A stretch of 64,000 nt of DNA from Patescibacteria group bacterium (GCA_028716665.1 JAQUPP010000001.1:413046-477045); one strand, 5' to 3'. Positions 26,869 through 37,504 are shown, counted from the stretch's first letter. A program made the numbers and translations. The notes: generated by a model from the sequence alone, not told the origin.

Positions 26869-28809
26869 ATGTCAAAAATTATAGGAATTGACTTAGGAAC
26901 ATCTAACTCAGCTGCTTCTTACATGGAAGCGGGCAAATCAAAAATAATTCCCTCAGCCGAAGGGACAACTTTAGTTGGCGGAAAAGCTTTTCCGTCATAC
27001 GTCGCTTTCACAAAAGAAGGCGAACTTTTAGTCGGTGAACCGGCTCGTCGTCAAGCAGTGGCTAATCCGGAAGGCACAATTTTGGCCGCAAAAAGAAAAA
27101 TGGGCACTGACTTCAAATATAATATTTTCGGCAAAGAATACACGCCTCAGCAAATTTCCGCTTTTATTTTGCAAAAAATAAAAAAAGACGCGGAAATGTA
27201 TTTGGGCGATAAAGTGGAAAAAGCGGTTGTGACCGTGCCGGCTTATTTTAATGACGCGCAAAGACAAGCAACCAAAGATGCCGGAGCGATTGCCGGACTT
27301 GAAATCGTCCGTTTGGTTAATGAACCGACCGCGGCCAGTTTGGCTTACGGTTTGGATAAAGTTCAGGAAAAAGATCAGCAAGTTTTGGTTTTTGATCTCG
27401 GCGGCGGAACATTGGATGTGACGATTATGAATTTCGGCCAAGGCGTTTTTGAAGTTCGTTCCACTTCCGGCGACACCAAACTCGGCGGCACGGATATGGA
27501 TGAATCTTTGATAAATTATATAATTGATGAATTTAAAAAAGAGCAAGGCGTTGATTTGAAAGCTGACAAAATGGTAACCCAGAGAGTCAAGGAAGCGGCT
27601 GAAAAAGCGAAAATTGAATTGTCTTCAGCTCTGGAAACGGAAATTAATTTGCCGTTTATTACCGCCACCAACGAAGGACCGAAACATTTATTGATGAAAA
27701 TCACCCGGGCGAAATTGGAAGAATTGGTTAAACCGATTGTTGATCGCTGTCGTGTTTCAATTGAACAGGCGATTTCAGACGCCAAACTTACCCCCGCTAA
27801 TATTGAAAAAGTTATTTTAGTCGGCGGTCCGACCAGAATGCCGATTGTCCAGAAATTTATTGAAAATATTTTCGGCCCGAAAATCGCTCGAGGCGTTGAC
27901 CCGATGGAATGCGTGGCCATGGGCGCGGCAATTCAAGGCGCGATTTTAGCCGGCGAAACAGAAGTCAAAGACGTTCTATTATTGGACGTCACGCCGCTTA
28001 CTTTAGGCATTGAAACTTTAGGCGGAGTAATGACGCCGATTATTGACCGCAATGCGACTATTCCAACTTCAAAATCTCAGGTTTTTTCTACTGCAGCTGA
28101 CAATCAAACTTCAGTGGAAATTCATGTTTTGCAGGGAGAAAGACCGATGGCCGGCGACAACCGGACTTTAGGTAGATTTATTTTGGACGGCATTCCGCCG
28201 TCTCCAAGAGGCATTCCTCAAGTTGAAGTCGGTTTTGATTTGGACGCAAACGGTATTTTAACCGTCACGGCAAAAGATAAGGCCACTTCAAAATCTCAGC
28301 ATATTACCATTAAAGATACTTCCGCGCTTTCCAAAGAAGAAATTGAAAAAATGAAAAAAGCAGCCGAGCAATTTGCCGCTGAAGACAGAAATAAAAAAGA
28401 AATAATCGAATTGAGAAATCAATCCGACACTTTAATTTATACTTGCGAAAAAAGTTTAAAAGACGGCGGCGATAAAATTCCGGCTGATGTCAAAAAGCAA
28501 GTTGAAGACAAGGTTGCTGAATTGAAAAAAGTCAAAGACGCGAATGATATTGAAGTGATTAAAAAAGCGATTCAAGATTTGGGCGACACGGTTCAAAAAA
28601 TCGGCGCGGCGATGTATGGTTCGACCTCTTCGACAGGCTCAGAGCAAGCAGGCTCACCACAAGATGGTTCGGCCTCTTCGACAGGCTCAGAGCAAGCAGG
28701 CTCACCACAAGCCCCGGGTGCTCAACCAGAAGCCGGTCCGACAGAAGAAAAAAAGAAGGATGAAGGACCGATTGAAGGGGAATATACGGAAGAAAAACCT
28801 AAATCCTAA
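26869..28809 (+). CDS. dnaK: molecular chaperone DnaK (Hsp70)
   Basis: [28 protein letters not shown] signatures; 646 aa with two tandem 16-aa repeats in the C-terminal tail. Confidence 0.95.
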   Translation: MSKIIGIDLGTSNSAASYMEAGKSKIIPSAEGTTLVGGKAFPSYVAFTKEGELLVGEPARRQAVANPEGTILAAKRKMGTDFKYNIFGKEYTPQQISAFILQKIKKDAEMYLGDKVEKAVVTVPAYFNDAQRQATKDAGAIAGLEIVRLVNEPTAASLAYGLDKVQEKDQQVLVFDLGGGTLDVTIMNFGQGVFEVRSTSGDTKLGGTDMDESLINYIIDEFKKEQGVDLKADKMVTQRVKEAAEKAKIELSSALETEINLPFITATNEGPKHLLMKITRAKLEELVKPIVDRCRVSIEQAISDAKLTPANIEKVILVGGPTRMPIVQKFIENIFGPKIARGVDPMECVAMGAAIQGAILAGETEVKDVLLLDVTPLTLGIETLGGVMTPIIDRNATIPTSKSQVFSTAADNQTSVEIHVLQGERPMAGDNRTLGRFILDGIPPSPRGIPQVEVGFDLDANGILTVTAKDKATSKSQHITIKDTSALSKEEIEKMKKAAEQFAAEDRNKKEIIELRNQSDTLIYTCEKSLKDGGDKIPADVKKQVEDKVAELKKVKDANDIEVIKKAIQDLGDTVQKIGAAMYGSTSSTGSEQAGSPQDGSASSTGSEQAGSPQAPGAQPEAGPTEEKKKDEGPIEGEYTEEKPKS

Positions 28810-28880
28810 TATCTAAAAAATTTTAATGTCTAAACTCAAAAAGTTTAGACATTAAAATTTTGAGTTAATTAATAAAAAAT

Positions 28881-29501
28881 ATGAAGGGAAATAATCAAAT
28901 AGATTTTAATGTAATTGAAAAAGAAATGGATGAATTATGGGAGATGTATAAAAGATGTAAATCTCATCATTCTTATAGGGAGGATAATGTTATAGGATTA
29001 AAATGTATAGAACCAGGAGAATATTATTCTAATAGAAATAAATTTTCTATTTGTTATGATAATCCAATAACACAAGAAGACAAAAAAGAAAATAATAAAA
29101 TTTCAAATTGGATAAATGAAAATTTTATTGTTCGTTTATGTTCTATATTAGATTGCTATCAAATTTGTTCTAATAGACAGAAGATAGATCACAAAATTAA
29201 TAATTGGCAGGATATTAATTTTATAAGACAATTAAGGAATATATTTTGTCATACTACGGAAAGTAATTTTGACAAAAAATATCAAAAAATTATTAAAAAA
29301 ATAGGAGAATATTTAAAATTATCAAAGAATGATTTTGGTTTATCAATTGATAAAGTTATTGAACCATTATTTAATGGTTGTAAAGAATATATTAAAATTT
29401 TAAAAAACCAGAAATTATCGTTTCCATCTCCATTTTTTAATTTTATTCTTAAAATAAAATATCTATGGCAAAAGTTTTTGGACAAAAAAGTAAATATTTA
29501 A
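28881..29501 (+). CDS. hypothetical protein, possibly HEPN/Abi-like (Rx4H motif RNIFCH)
   Basis: Only a motif-level hint (LRNIFCHT); context is next to NERD and a toxin-antitoxin pair. Confidence 0.3.
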   Translation: MKGNNQIDFNVIEKEMDELWEMYKRCKSHHSYREDNVIGLKCIEPGEYYSNRNKFSICYDNPITQEDKKENNKISNWINENFIVRLCSILDCYQICSNRQKIDHKINNWQDINFIRQLRNIFCHTTESNFDKKYQKIIKKIGEYLKLSKNDFGLSIDKVIEPLFNGCKEYIKILKNQKLSFPSPFFNFILKIKYLWQKFLDKKVNI

Positions 29502-30223
29502 TTAAAAAAGATTTTATTCATGGGTGGGGTTATGGCGTTATAATACCTTCAATAGTTATTATTATTGTAGGTATTTTGTTTATACGTTTTGGGTTAATAA
29601 TTAATCCGGTCTTAATTAAAACGGGAGGAATTATTGGTTTGATTCTAATGACTGTGCCGCTTATAATTTTAGTAAATCTAGGCAATAAGTTGGATGATTT
29701 TTCCCTTAAGCATAATCATATTTCTAATCAATTTTATCGCGGACGATGGGGCGAAAAAGATGTTTTGGATGAGCTTAAAAAATTGCCCAATGAATACACT
29801 ATTTTTCAAGACGTTCAATTTCCTGAGAGTAGAGGGAATATAGATTTTGTTTTAATCGGCCCGACCGGTATTTTTGCCCTTGAAGTTAAAAGTCATATAG
29901 GATTTGTTGGTTATCATAACGATGAATTAACTCTTAATAATTGGATTTTTAAAGAAAAAAATATTTTAAAACAAGCTTTTTCCGGCGCTATGCAACTTCA
30001 TGATTATCTTAAATTTAAAATCGGCAAAGATATTTTTGTTAATGCTGCTCTGGTTTTTTCTCACCGTTTAGCCAAAATGCGCTTTGGCTTCAATCCGGTT
30101 GACAATGTTTTTGTCGTGCAAAAAGCATTTTTACTTCAATTGATTACCCAACAACCGCCAAGACTTGATCCGCAAACCATCTTAATTCTTGTAGAAAATC
30201 TCAAACCTTTGGTAAAAATTTAA
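29465..30223 (+). CDS. NERD (nuclease-related domain) protein with N-terminal TM helices
   Basis: GNIDFVLIGPTGIFALEVKSH matches the NERD core. Confidence 0.65.
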   Translation: MAKVFGQKSKYLIKKDFIHGWGYGVIIPSIVIIIVGILFIRFGLIINPVLIKTGGIIGLILMTVPLIILVNLGNKLDDFSLKHNHISNQFYRGRWGEKDVLDELKKLPNEYTIFQDVQFPESRGNIDFVLIGPTGIFALEVKSHIGFVGYHNDELTLNNWIFKEKNILKQAFSGAMQLHDYLKFKIGKDIFVNAALVFSHRLAKMRFGFNPVDNVFVVQKAFLLQLITQQPPRLDPQTILILVENLKPLVKI

Positions 30224-30361
30224 GAAATTATTTATATTTTTAACGAGCCTTGTACTCGTTTTTTTATTTGATTTAATTTATATATTTGTTATAATTAATA
30301 CTTAATAAGTTTTAATAAATAAAAAGTTATCCACAATATATAATATTGACACATATCATAT

Positions 30362-30739
30362 ATGATATATACTAATAATAGTGAATATAAAGTTAAATTC
30401 TATAAAGATAGTCGAACCGGAGATAGTCCAGTGTTAGAATATATTGATAATTTATCAGAAAAAGAAAGGACAAAGGTTTTTAAATATATTGAATTCTTGC
30501 GAGAACATCAAGGGGTTTTAGATGAACCTTATTCTAAACACATTAAAAGTAAAATTAGAGAATTGCGGGTTGATTTCGCTCGTCAAAGGCATAGAATTTT
30601 TTACTTTACATTTATAAAAAAGACCATAATTTTGCTTCATGCTTTTTTAAAGACAACAGCCAAAACTCCTCAATCAGAAATAAAAATGGCAGAAGAAAAT
30701 TATAATGATGTTTTAAATAATGAAGAAATATATGAATAA
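30362..30739 (+). CDS. type II toxin, HigB-like (phage Gp49 / DUF891 family)
   Basis: KVKFYKD...VLEYIDNL...ELRVDF...RIFYF pattern of Gp49-like RelE/ParE toxins; overlaps the downstream HTH gene. Confidence 0.6.
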   Translation: MIYTNNSEYKVKFYKDSRTGDSPVLEYIDNLSEKERTKVFKYIEFLREHQGVLDEPYSKHIKSKIRELRVDFARQRHRIFYFTFIKKTIILLHAFLKTTAKTPQSEIKMAEENYNDVLNNEEIYE

Positions 30740-31034
30740 AATTAAAAAATCACAAAAGGCGGTAGATTTTCAAGAATATCTCGCCGAACAATTAAAAAAT
30801 CGCAAATTTAAAAAATACTATGATGAATATGGTAAACAATTAGAAATTGCTTATCAAATTTTGCAATTGCGCAAACAAAGAGGAATATCCCAGGCTGAGT
30901 TAGCGAAAAAAATAGGGACAAAGCAAAGCAATATTGCCAGAATGGAAACCGGCCAACAGAATTTAACCATCAGCATGCTTCAAGAAGTTGCCAAAGCATT
31001 AAATCGAGATTTTAAGATTGTATTTATTAGATAA
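30720..31034 (+). CDS. HTH XRE-family antitoxin (HigA-like)
   Basis: LRKQRGISQAELAKKIGTKQSNIARMETG helix-turn-helix. Confidence 0.7.
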   Translation: MKKYMNKIKKSQKAVDFQEYLAEQLKNRKFKKYYDEYGKQLEIAYQILQLRKQRGISQAELAKKIGTKQSNIARMETGQQNLTISMLQEVAKALNRDFKIVFIR

Positions 31035-31174
31035 AATAAAATTTAATTGTCCGACAAAAAATCGAGTCTAGTGCTCGGTTTTTATTATCTCTTGACAAAA
31101 AGTGATTTTTGCGCTATGATGTTAATAATTCTGAGCGATTAGGTTTGGAATTAAAAAAAAGAAAGGAGGGGGAA

Positions 31175-31465
31175 ATGGAGGGTCAAAATATCTATACAAT
31201 CAATTTTTGCAATACTGATGACGATAGTATTCGAAGTCAAGTCATACTTTGCCATCAGAAAAAAATTTCGCAGAAAGTATTTGCAACGAAAATCGGTTTA
31301 ATCATAGAGAAGTTTAAAGCCAGTCCCGATTTTAATGATCAGGAATTTCGTCCTCACAAAGGAACTCGGATTCTTGACCAAAAATGGAGCAATATAATTA
31401 CAGACGGTCTGTGTAAACAAGGATTTTCTGTAATTTCACCGATTGGAAGTTATAAAACGTATTGA
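31175..31465 (+). CDS. hypothetical protein
   Basis: ATG after AAAGGAGGGGGAA, own TTGACA promoter; start placed at internal MEGQN of the track ORF. Confidence 0.35.
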   Translation: MEGQNIYTINFCNTDDDSIRSQVILCHQKKISQKVFATKIGLIIEKFKASPDFNDQEFRPHKGTRILDQKWSNIITDGLCKQGFSVISPIGSYKTY

Positions 31466-31587
31466 ATATAAATTAAGGGGTGTTTAAAAACCGCCCCTTT
31501 TTTAATTGACAAATCATAATTTTTTTACTCTTGACATTTTCTGAAAAAATGCTATAATATAAATAATTAAAAAAAAGGGGGTGAAAA

Positions 31588-31962
31588 ATGGGAAAAGGAG
31601 TTAAGAGGCCATATTCGCTTTTAGAAACAATAATAGATGTCACTGAATTTTTCGGAGCTAAACCCGAAAAATGGCTACAAATACCAAATAGTTCTTGGGA
31701 AGGAGGAGCACGAGTAAAATTTGAAGCCGATGGAAATAAAATAGAAGTAAGATTGTTTCCGGATAAAGTTGGTTTTTTTAGAGTCAAAAAGGCATTAGAT
31801 CACAATGATTCTGATAAATCAGACATAGATATTCTTTTCAGGGATATCTGGTACGTTGCGTATATTAACGTAGCGGGAATTGGAGAGAGTGTCCGATTTG
31901 TCAATACAAAAGATCAGACCCTAACAATCAATAAAAAGGGCAATTGTATTTTAGAAATTTAA
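31588..31962 (+). CDS. hypothetical protein
   Basis: TTGACA-N17-TATAAT promoter, SD AAAGGGGGTGAAAA, and terminator hairpin after the stop. Confidence 0.4.
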   Translation: MGKGVKRPYSLLETIIDVTEFFGAKPEKWLQIPNSSWEGGARVKFEADGNKIEVRLFPDKVGFFRVKKALDHNDSDKSDIDILFRDIWYVAYINVAGIGESVRFVNTKDQTLTINKKGNCILEI

Positions 31963-32018
31963 GTTTATAGGGGTTAAATAAAAAATATTTAACCCCTATT
32001 TTTTTTCTCTTGACCCCC

Positions 32019-32144
32019 TCACCAAAACGTTGATATTTATTAATAATAAGTCCGTCTTTATTAAAATTTATTTTATTATGTAAAAATTAAAAAATACAGA
32101 TATTAATTATTTTCATCAGCGTTATAGGTGAGGGGGTTGACAAA
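32019..32144. repeat. MITE-like element E5 (TTGACCCCCTCACC...GGTGAGGGGGTTGACA)
   Basis: Same terminal structure as E1; right arm forms the -35 of the promoter for 32256-33134. Confidence 0.55.
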
Positions 32145-32255
32145 ACACGAAAAATATGCTTAAATAATAGCAATATTTTAGAAATAGTTCTTTAAATATA
32201 TGCGGTAAAATTGCCGCATAAATAAAGTTGTCCCTAAAAGGGAAGGGGGTTTCAT

Positions 32256-33134
32256 ATGGAAACGAGGAAAATTGCTCTTGCTTGTTTTATCGGCGGAGCG
32301 CTTTGCTGCGCAGTTGCGTTATTTGCCGCACCAATGTATTGGTGGTTGGGTCTTCTGGCGGGATTTGCCGGCGGTTATCTCAGTTATGAGTTTCGCGGAG
32401 TTTGCAAAGCAGCACCAGTTGCTTTGAGGATTGCCACAAAAGAAAGCCGTAAAATTTATCAAAGTGAAATTGTCAGAACAAAAGAGTGGTTTTCTAAGAA
32501 CCACCCATTTGCTTATCTCAATATAATTTTGGCTGTGATATTCGGTCTTTATCTTATTCCTTATGATTGGATTATCGCAGATACATATCCGAACATATCA
32601 CACTATATGCGAGCTTTAATTACGTATTTTTCGATACAGGCGTTGGCTGTTTTTGGCGCGCCATTCCTTTTTTCTTTTTGGGGCGCAAGATTTGTTGATA
32701 AATGTTATTGGATATCAAAAGGGGAAGATGCATATTTAAAGGAAGCGAATAATCCGGATATATGGAGATACAAACTTAAACAAAAACCGCTGACTTATTT
32801 AAACGTTCTGCGTTGGATGGTATTAGGTGCTGGATTTTTTATTTGGACACCATGCAAATTTTGTCTTAAAATAGTTTGGACAATACTTTGTTTCTTGGGC
32901 CGTTTTGCCTGGCATCTCTTTCGGTTGATTCATTCAAACAAGAGGGTGCTTTGCGCAATTGACGGAACACTTGGCGGACTTATCAGTTATTTTTATTTTA
33001 TTTCCATGCCAATGCCATTTGGAAGCAAAATAATGTTCATTATTTTTGGAGGACTTTTGGGAGGAGTATTCGGCATTATAAGTTACGAGATAATCTCAAA
33101 AAGAATTCTTCACCTGAATGCGGCGACAACTTAG
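32256..33134 (+). CDS. hypothetical multi-TM membrane protein
   Basis: Promoter supplied by MITE-like element E5, SD GGGAAGGGGG, 292 aa with about 8 TM segments. Confidence 0.45.
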   Translation: METRKIALACFIGGALCCAVALFAAPMYWWLGLLAGFAGGYLSYEFRGVCKAAPVALRIATKESRKIYQSEIVRTKEWFSKNHPFAYLNIILAVIFGLYLIPYDWIIADTYPNISHYMRALITYFSIQALAVFGAPFLFSFWGARFVDKCYWISKGEDAYLKEANNPDIWRYKLKQKPLTYLNVLRWMVLGAGFFIWTPCKFCLKIVWTILCFLGRFAWHLFRLIHSNKRVLCAIDGTLGGLISYFYFISMPMPFGSKIMFIIFGGLLGGVFGIISYEIISKRILHLNAATT

Positions 33135-33303
33135 TAAAATAAATATACTGGCGGTTAGATAAATATCTTCCCGCCAGTTTTTTTACTCTTGGCCCACTTT
33201 CATAATTTACCATTAGGGGTTGACATTTTGGCAAAAATATGCTATTTTAAAGACAATTAGAGTTCGTTTAAAAAGCTTGTTTATTAACAAACAAGGAGGT
33301 AAG

Positions 33304-34104
33304 ATGCCGAAAAAGAATAAAGAAATTATTCGTTTACGGGGTCATCATTTAGATCTTTTAATGACTTTATTTAAGCGACCTAAAATCGGAGCAGGCATGA
33401 TCAAAAACGCCATTATATCTGAAAAAGATTATGGTTTTAAACAGCAAAGAATAGTGTTGGCCGAAAGAATAATTCAAGTTCTAAAGGAAATTCTTCGAGG
33501 ACAAACAAGGGTTAAGCTCATCGACGGAATAGATGATATCTGTCAGAAATGCAAGAGAAAAAGAACAAAGGAATGCAGTTGTTGTTATGCGGGAAGCGCG
33601 GAGGATAGACGAATAGTTGGACGTTATGGATTAGAAATGGATAAAATTTATCCAGCTGCTGAAATTATAAATGCTTTAGCAATGGCTCGAAATGGTATTC
33701 GCTTGAGAGGAACTCATTTAAGACTGTTGGATTTTTTTATTCGCCATCCCAAAACTGCAGTTGAAACAATTAAAACTCTTAAAGAGTTCGGCAAGAAACA
33801 TATTGAAGAGACTCTTAAGATTTTAGAGATGGCTAAAAAGAAGGGTGTTTACATTCAGATTATTTGGGAAATAGATGATATTTGTCGAAATTGTAAAGAA
33901 AGGGTAAATTTTAACAGGAATGCGGATTGTATTGATGGTTGGAGAGTTTGCTGGTATCAAAATTTTTTATTAGAATATTCTTCTTACCAGCCACCGGATG
34001 ATTCAAATGTGACTCAATTGTTGGGTTTAAAGAGAAATAAATTTTATCCGGCTGATAAAATTGTCGAAAAATTAAAGGAATATAAAAATAAATTGAGGGG
34101 TTAA
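33304..34104 (+). CDS. hypothetical Cys-rich protein with an internal two-fold repeat
   Basis: Repeated LRG(H/T)HL.LL...DDIC..CK modules; conserved cassette leader upstream. Confidence 0.45.
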   Translation: MPKKNKEIIRLRGHHLDLLMTLFKRPKIGAGMIKNAIISEKDYGFKQQRIVLAERIIQVLKEILRGQTRVKLIDGIDDICQKCKRKRTKECSCCYAGSAEDRRIVGRYGLEMDKIYPAAEIINALAMARNGIRLRGTHLRLLDFFIRHPKTAVETIKTLKEFGKKHIEETLKILEMAKKKGVYIQIIWEIDDICRNCKERVNFNRNADCIDGWRVCWYQNFLLEYSSYQPPDDSNVTQLLGLKRNKFYPADKIVEKLKEYKNKLRG

Positions 34105-34143
34105 ATAACCCCTCAATTTTTAATTTTTGTTATTGGCAAAAAC

Positions 34144-35361
34144 CTACCCCATTTTTATTTCTAATTTTTTTCTTTTATATCTTACCGAAAAATAAATTAA
34201 CGGTAGGGCTAAAATTAAAAATCCGGCAAGCAGAAAACCTTGCCTTGCCGTTATAAAACCAAGCATAAAACCGGCAACAGGCGCGCCGATTATTGACGCA
34301 AGAGATTCAAACATTGATTTGATTGATAAAATCGCAGCTCGATTTTCGCTTTTAACAAATTCGTTCGTCAGGGCTTCTTCAAGTGGTAAAAATATTTCGT
34401 CTATTGAACTGAATAAAGTGAATAATATAACGGTAAATAATATTAAACTTGTTTTTGCGGCCGCGAATAATAAAATTGCATAGCCGAGCGCCAAGAAAAA
34501 TAAAATAAATAATTTACTTTTTTTCTTAAGAAAAAATTCCGCGACAAGAGGCAAAATTATTCCAAGTCCCGCGATTATTGAAAAAAGATAGCCGATCATT
34601 GGAAGGCTTAAACCTATTTTTTCAAGATGAGGCGTCCAAATTAAAGAGGTGATTTCATCAACAAAAAAGAAAACAAATATTCCTGAAAATAACAAGATGA
34701 TGATTTTGTGGCTTAGGGCGGTTTTTATGGCTGTTTTTGAATCTTGAAAAATATTACAGAATTTTTTTTGCGCAATTGGTTTATCTTGCTCATGTTTTCT
34801 TATTTCTTTTCCAAAAAAGAGAATTAAGGTTGAAACAAAAATTCCGGCGGCAAAAACGAACCAAAGATTTCTCATATTTGAGGTCGCGACGATATAGCCG
34901 CCAATTAACGGAGCTGCGACCATCCCGATATTTCTGAACATTCTGGTTTTTAAAAAATATTTATCAACCAATGACTTGTCCGTGTTTTCCATGAGATCCA
35001 CTGCCCAAGCGCGATCAGCGCCACTAACAAGTGTTTCAAAGAGCGCGTCAAAAGCAAAAATTATCGCCACAATATAAAATTTATCCCAAACAGGGATAAG
35101 CGCTAAAGAAATAGCGGTTAACAAATATCCCAGGATTACGCTATTTTTTCGTCCATACTTGTCGGCTATAACTCCGGTTGGTATTTCAAAAATAAGCGTA
35201 ACAACGCTTCGGATACTGCTTATTAACGCGATTTGGAAAAAATTAAATCCGATATGCAAAAAATACAAGACATAAAACGGCATTATGACTTTAGATAAAT
35301 TGAAAATCAGAGAATGGGCGTAAAACGGAAAAAGTAATTTTATTTCATTTTTCTTAAACAT
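34144..35361 (-). CDS. MFS transporter
   Basis: 12-TM protein with an MFS-like GxxADKYGRK loop-2 motif. Confidence 0.65.
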   Translation of the reverse strand: MFKKNEIKLLFPFYAHSLIFNLSKVIMPFYVLYFLHIGFNFFQIALISSIRSVVTLIFEIPTGVIADKYGRKNSVILGYLLTAISLALIPVWDKFYIVAIIFAFDALFETLVSGADRAWAVDLMENTDKSLVDKYFLKTRMFRNIGMVAAPLIGGYIVATSNMRNLWFVFAAGIFVSTLILFFGKEIRKHEQDKPIAQKKFCNIFQDSKTAIKTALSHKIIILLFSGIFVFFFVDEITSLIWTPHLEKIGLSLPMIGYLFSIIAGLGIILPLVAEFFLKKKSKLFILFFLALGYAILLFAAAKTSLILFTVILFTLFSSIDEIFLPLEEALTNEFVKSENRAAILSIKSMFESLASIIGAPVAGFMLGFITARQGFLLAGFLILALPLIYFSVRYKRKKLEIKMG

Positions 35362-35540
35362 ATCGAAGCAAAATTTAAGGCAGTTAGTGAATTAATTATA
35401 ACACAGAAGAAAAATAGAAAGAAGTGCAGAGGATTATTTTAAGTTTTTTTGCAAGGTTGACAAAAATAATTTTTTTTGATACATTTAAAATAATTAAAGT
35501 TCTTTTAAAAAGCCTGCTTATCGGCAGACAGGGAGGAGAA

Positions 35541-35792
35541 ATGAGAAATGCAATAGTGTCTTTTATAGCTCTTTTTATTCTTTGGGGAGTTGGCTGGTTG
35601 GAAAATTATTTCGGCCTTATTGACGTTAATCAGCTGGTGAGTCAAAAACATTTTTATTGCGCTTTTTCCGCCTATTTTGTTTGCGGCGGATTAACCGTAA
35701 TTTTAGCTGTAACGATGTTATTTGCATTTATTTGTTTTCTCGGTTTTTTCTGTGCGCTCTTGGATGGTACTATAGACGATCACTGTTGGTAA
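35541..35792 (+). CDS. small membrane protein
   Basis: Conserved cassette leader and GGGAGG SD in front of the ATG; two TM helices. Confidence 0.4.
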   Translation: MRNAIVSFIALFILWGVGWLENYFGLIDVNQLVSQKHFYCAFSAYFVCGGLTVILAVTMLFAFICFLGFFCALLDGTIDDHCW

Positions 35793-35827
35793 AAATTTGA
35801 TATATTTAAAATAAAAGGGGGCATGTC

Positions 35828-36316
35828 ATGAGCAGAAAAGAATTTAAAGATCAGCATGAAATAGGCGCAGTTTTGAACATTTTTCCATTTATGAAAGAAA
35901 TTGTTGATGAGATTAAAATTTCTCGTCAACGAATCCATCTTATTTGGATTGAACCGGGTGAAGAAGTAGTTAAAGAAAGCACGATTTGCGCGCAGGGGTT
36001 CAATTATACCGGTTGGATTTACACGATAAAGGACGGGAAGATTTACAAAAAAGCTACATGGGAAGAAATTCGCAAACAGAGAAAAGATCTTCATCTTCCG
36101 GATGCGTCTGACAATAACGCTCAAACGTTGTTGGACGGCAGCGAAAACGCCTGCATCTTTATTCACCAACACGGAGAACATGACCAAGGAGAAGGACCGA
36201 CAAGATTTTCCATTACCATGTTTAATTGTCGAGGGCACAGTTTATTCAGAGATTATGATAACGTGATGATTTGGCTAAAGGAAGTAAAGGTTTATCAAGA
36301 ACTTCAAAAATTTTAA
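35828..36316 (+). CDS. hypothetical protein
   Basis: SD AAAGGGGGC before the ATG; terminator AAAAGGGGCAAAAAATATTGCCCCTTTT follows. Confidence 0.4.
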   Translation: MSRKEFKDQHEIGAVLNIFPFMKEIVDEIKISRQRIHLIWIEPGEEVVKESTICAQGFNYTGWIYTIKDGKIYKKATWEEIRKQRKDLHLPDASDNNAQTLLDGSENACIFIHQHGEHDQGEGPTRFSITMFNCRGHSLFRDYDNVMIWLKEVKVYQELQKF

Positions 36317-36409
36317 AAAAATAAAAGGGGCAAAAAATATTGCCCCTTTTTTTTATTTGACAAAATTTCAGTTTGTGATAAATTATAAATAATTGAAAAG
36401 GAGGTGAAA

Positions 36410-36583
36410 ATGTTTAACAATCAGTATAAGATAAAAATAAAACATCCGCTGATTCGTTCCGGAATTACAATAGAAACAAACGTTTCGGAAAAGTATTTGG
36501 TGCCTGTACTGATGAAGGCGATGGAAAAAGTCAGAGAGTTTAATAAAAAGCAGGCAGAATTGGAAGAAAAAAATAGTCAATAA
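36410..36583 (+). CDS. small protein, 57 aa, not in ORF track
   Basis: TTGACA-N17-TAAATTATAAAT promoter, SD AAAAGGAGGTGAAA, terminator GGGCGGCTTTTAAAGCCGCCC. Confidence 0.35.
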   Translation: MFNNQYKIKIKHPLIRSGITIETNVSEKYLVPVLMKAMEKVREFNKKQAELEEKNSQ

Positions 36584-36739
36584 TTTAAGGGCGGCTTTTA
36601 AAGCCGCCCTTTTTTTATTTGATTGACGTTTATTGAGGGACGGAGTATAATTATATAAATCATATGATGATTCAAGTTAAGAATCTGACAAAAAAATTTA
36701 ATGGTTTAATTATTTATAATTAATTTAAATATTATTTTT

Positions 36740-37504
36740 ATGGAAACAACAACAAATGTAAAATTTATTCCTCAGCCGCCTAAATTCGCCATTATATTGT
36801 GTGGCGTTTTAGCTCTTTTTTGGGTCGTTTTGTCAGTCGATAAAATTGTGGATATTAAAAATGGGTTAGAGGTAAATACTATTACTGTCAGCGGTGAAGG
36901 AAAGGTCATTAGTATTCCTGATGTAGCTTCTATTAGTTTTTCAGTCATTTCCGATAAAATGACTGCCAAAGAAGCAATGAGCGACAATTCGCAAAAAATG
37001 AACGCGGTTATCAAATCTATTAAAGATTTAGGCGTTGCAAGTAAAGATTTAAAAACAACAGGCTATAATTTGGCTCCGCTTTATGATTGGCCAAGAGGTC
37101 AAAGAATTTTTAAAGGTTATGAATTGACTTCTACCTTATCTGTTAAAATCAGAGATTTTGATAAAATCAGCGATATTATTGATGGCGCGATTATGCAAGG
37201 AGCAAATCAGGCCGGCGATATCCAATTTGTAGTTGATAAACCTGAGATATTGCAAGCCGAAGCGAGAGACAAGGCTATTCAACAAGCCAAGGACAAGGCC
37301 GCGGCAATCGCCAAGGCATCCGGTTTTAAGCTCGGCAAAGTTGTTTCTTTTTCAGAATCAGGCACAGACAGATATTATCCGCAACCAATGTATGCGGAAA
37401 AAAGTTTAGGCGCAGGGGATTCTGCTATGATTTCAGCTCCGGCTATTGAAAGCGGCAGTCAAGAAATTCAAACCACAGTTTCTTTGGTTTTCAGAATCAG
37501 ATAA
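36740..37504 (+). CDS. SIMPL / DUF541 family periplasmic protein (YggE-like)
   Basis: N-terminal TM then the SIMPL domain pattern (VSGEG...GYEL...IDGAI). Confidence 0.6.
   Translation: METTTNVKFIPQPPKFAIILCGVLALFWVVLSVDKIVDIKNGLEVNTITVSGEGKVISIPDVASISFSVISDKMTAKEAMSDNSQKMNAVIKSIKDLGVASKDLKTTGYNLAPLYDWPRGQRIFKGYELTSTLSVKIRDFDKISDIIDGAIMQGANQAGDIQFVVDKPEILQAEARDKAIQQAKDKAAAIAKASGFKLGKVVSFSESGTDRYYPQPMYAEKSLGAGDSAMISAPAIESGSQEIQTTVSLVFRIR

Noticed and set aside
27028-27920. Two minus-strand ORFs (172 and 134 aa) inside dnaK
   Set aside because: Antisense to dnaK; no SD or promoter; spurious.
28616-28816. 66-aa + strand ORF ([16 protein letters not shown] repeated) in the track
   Set aside because: It is an alternative frame of the dnaK C-terminal tail, created by the 48-nt repeat unit that happens to begin with ATG. 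It is kept as an observation, not called as a gene.
36383-36580. 65-aa minus-strand ORF in the track
   Set aside because: The same interval carries a + strand 57-aa ORF with promoter, SD and terminator (36410-36583). The minus ORF lacks all three.
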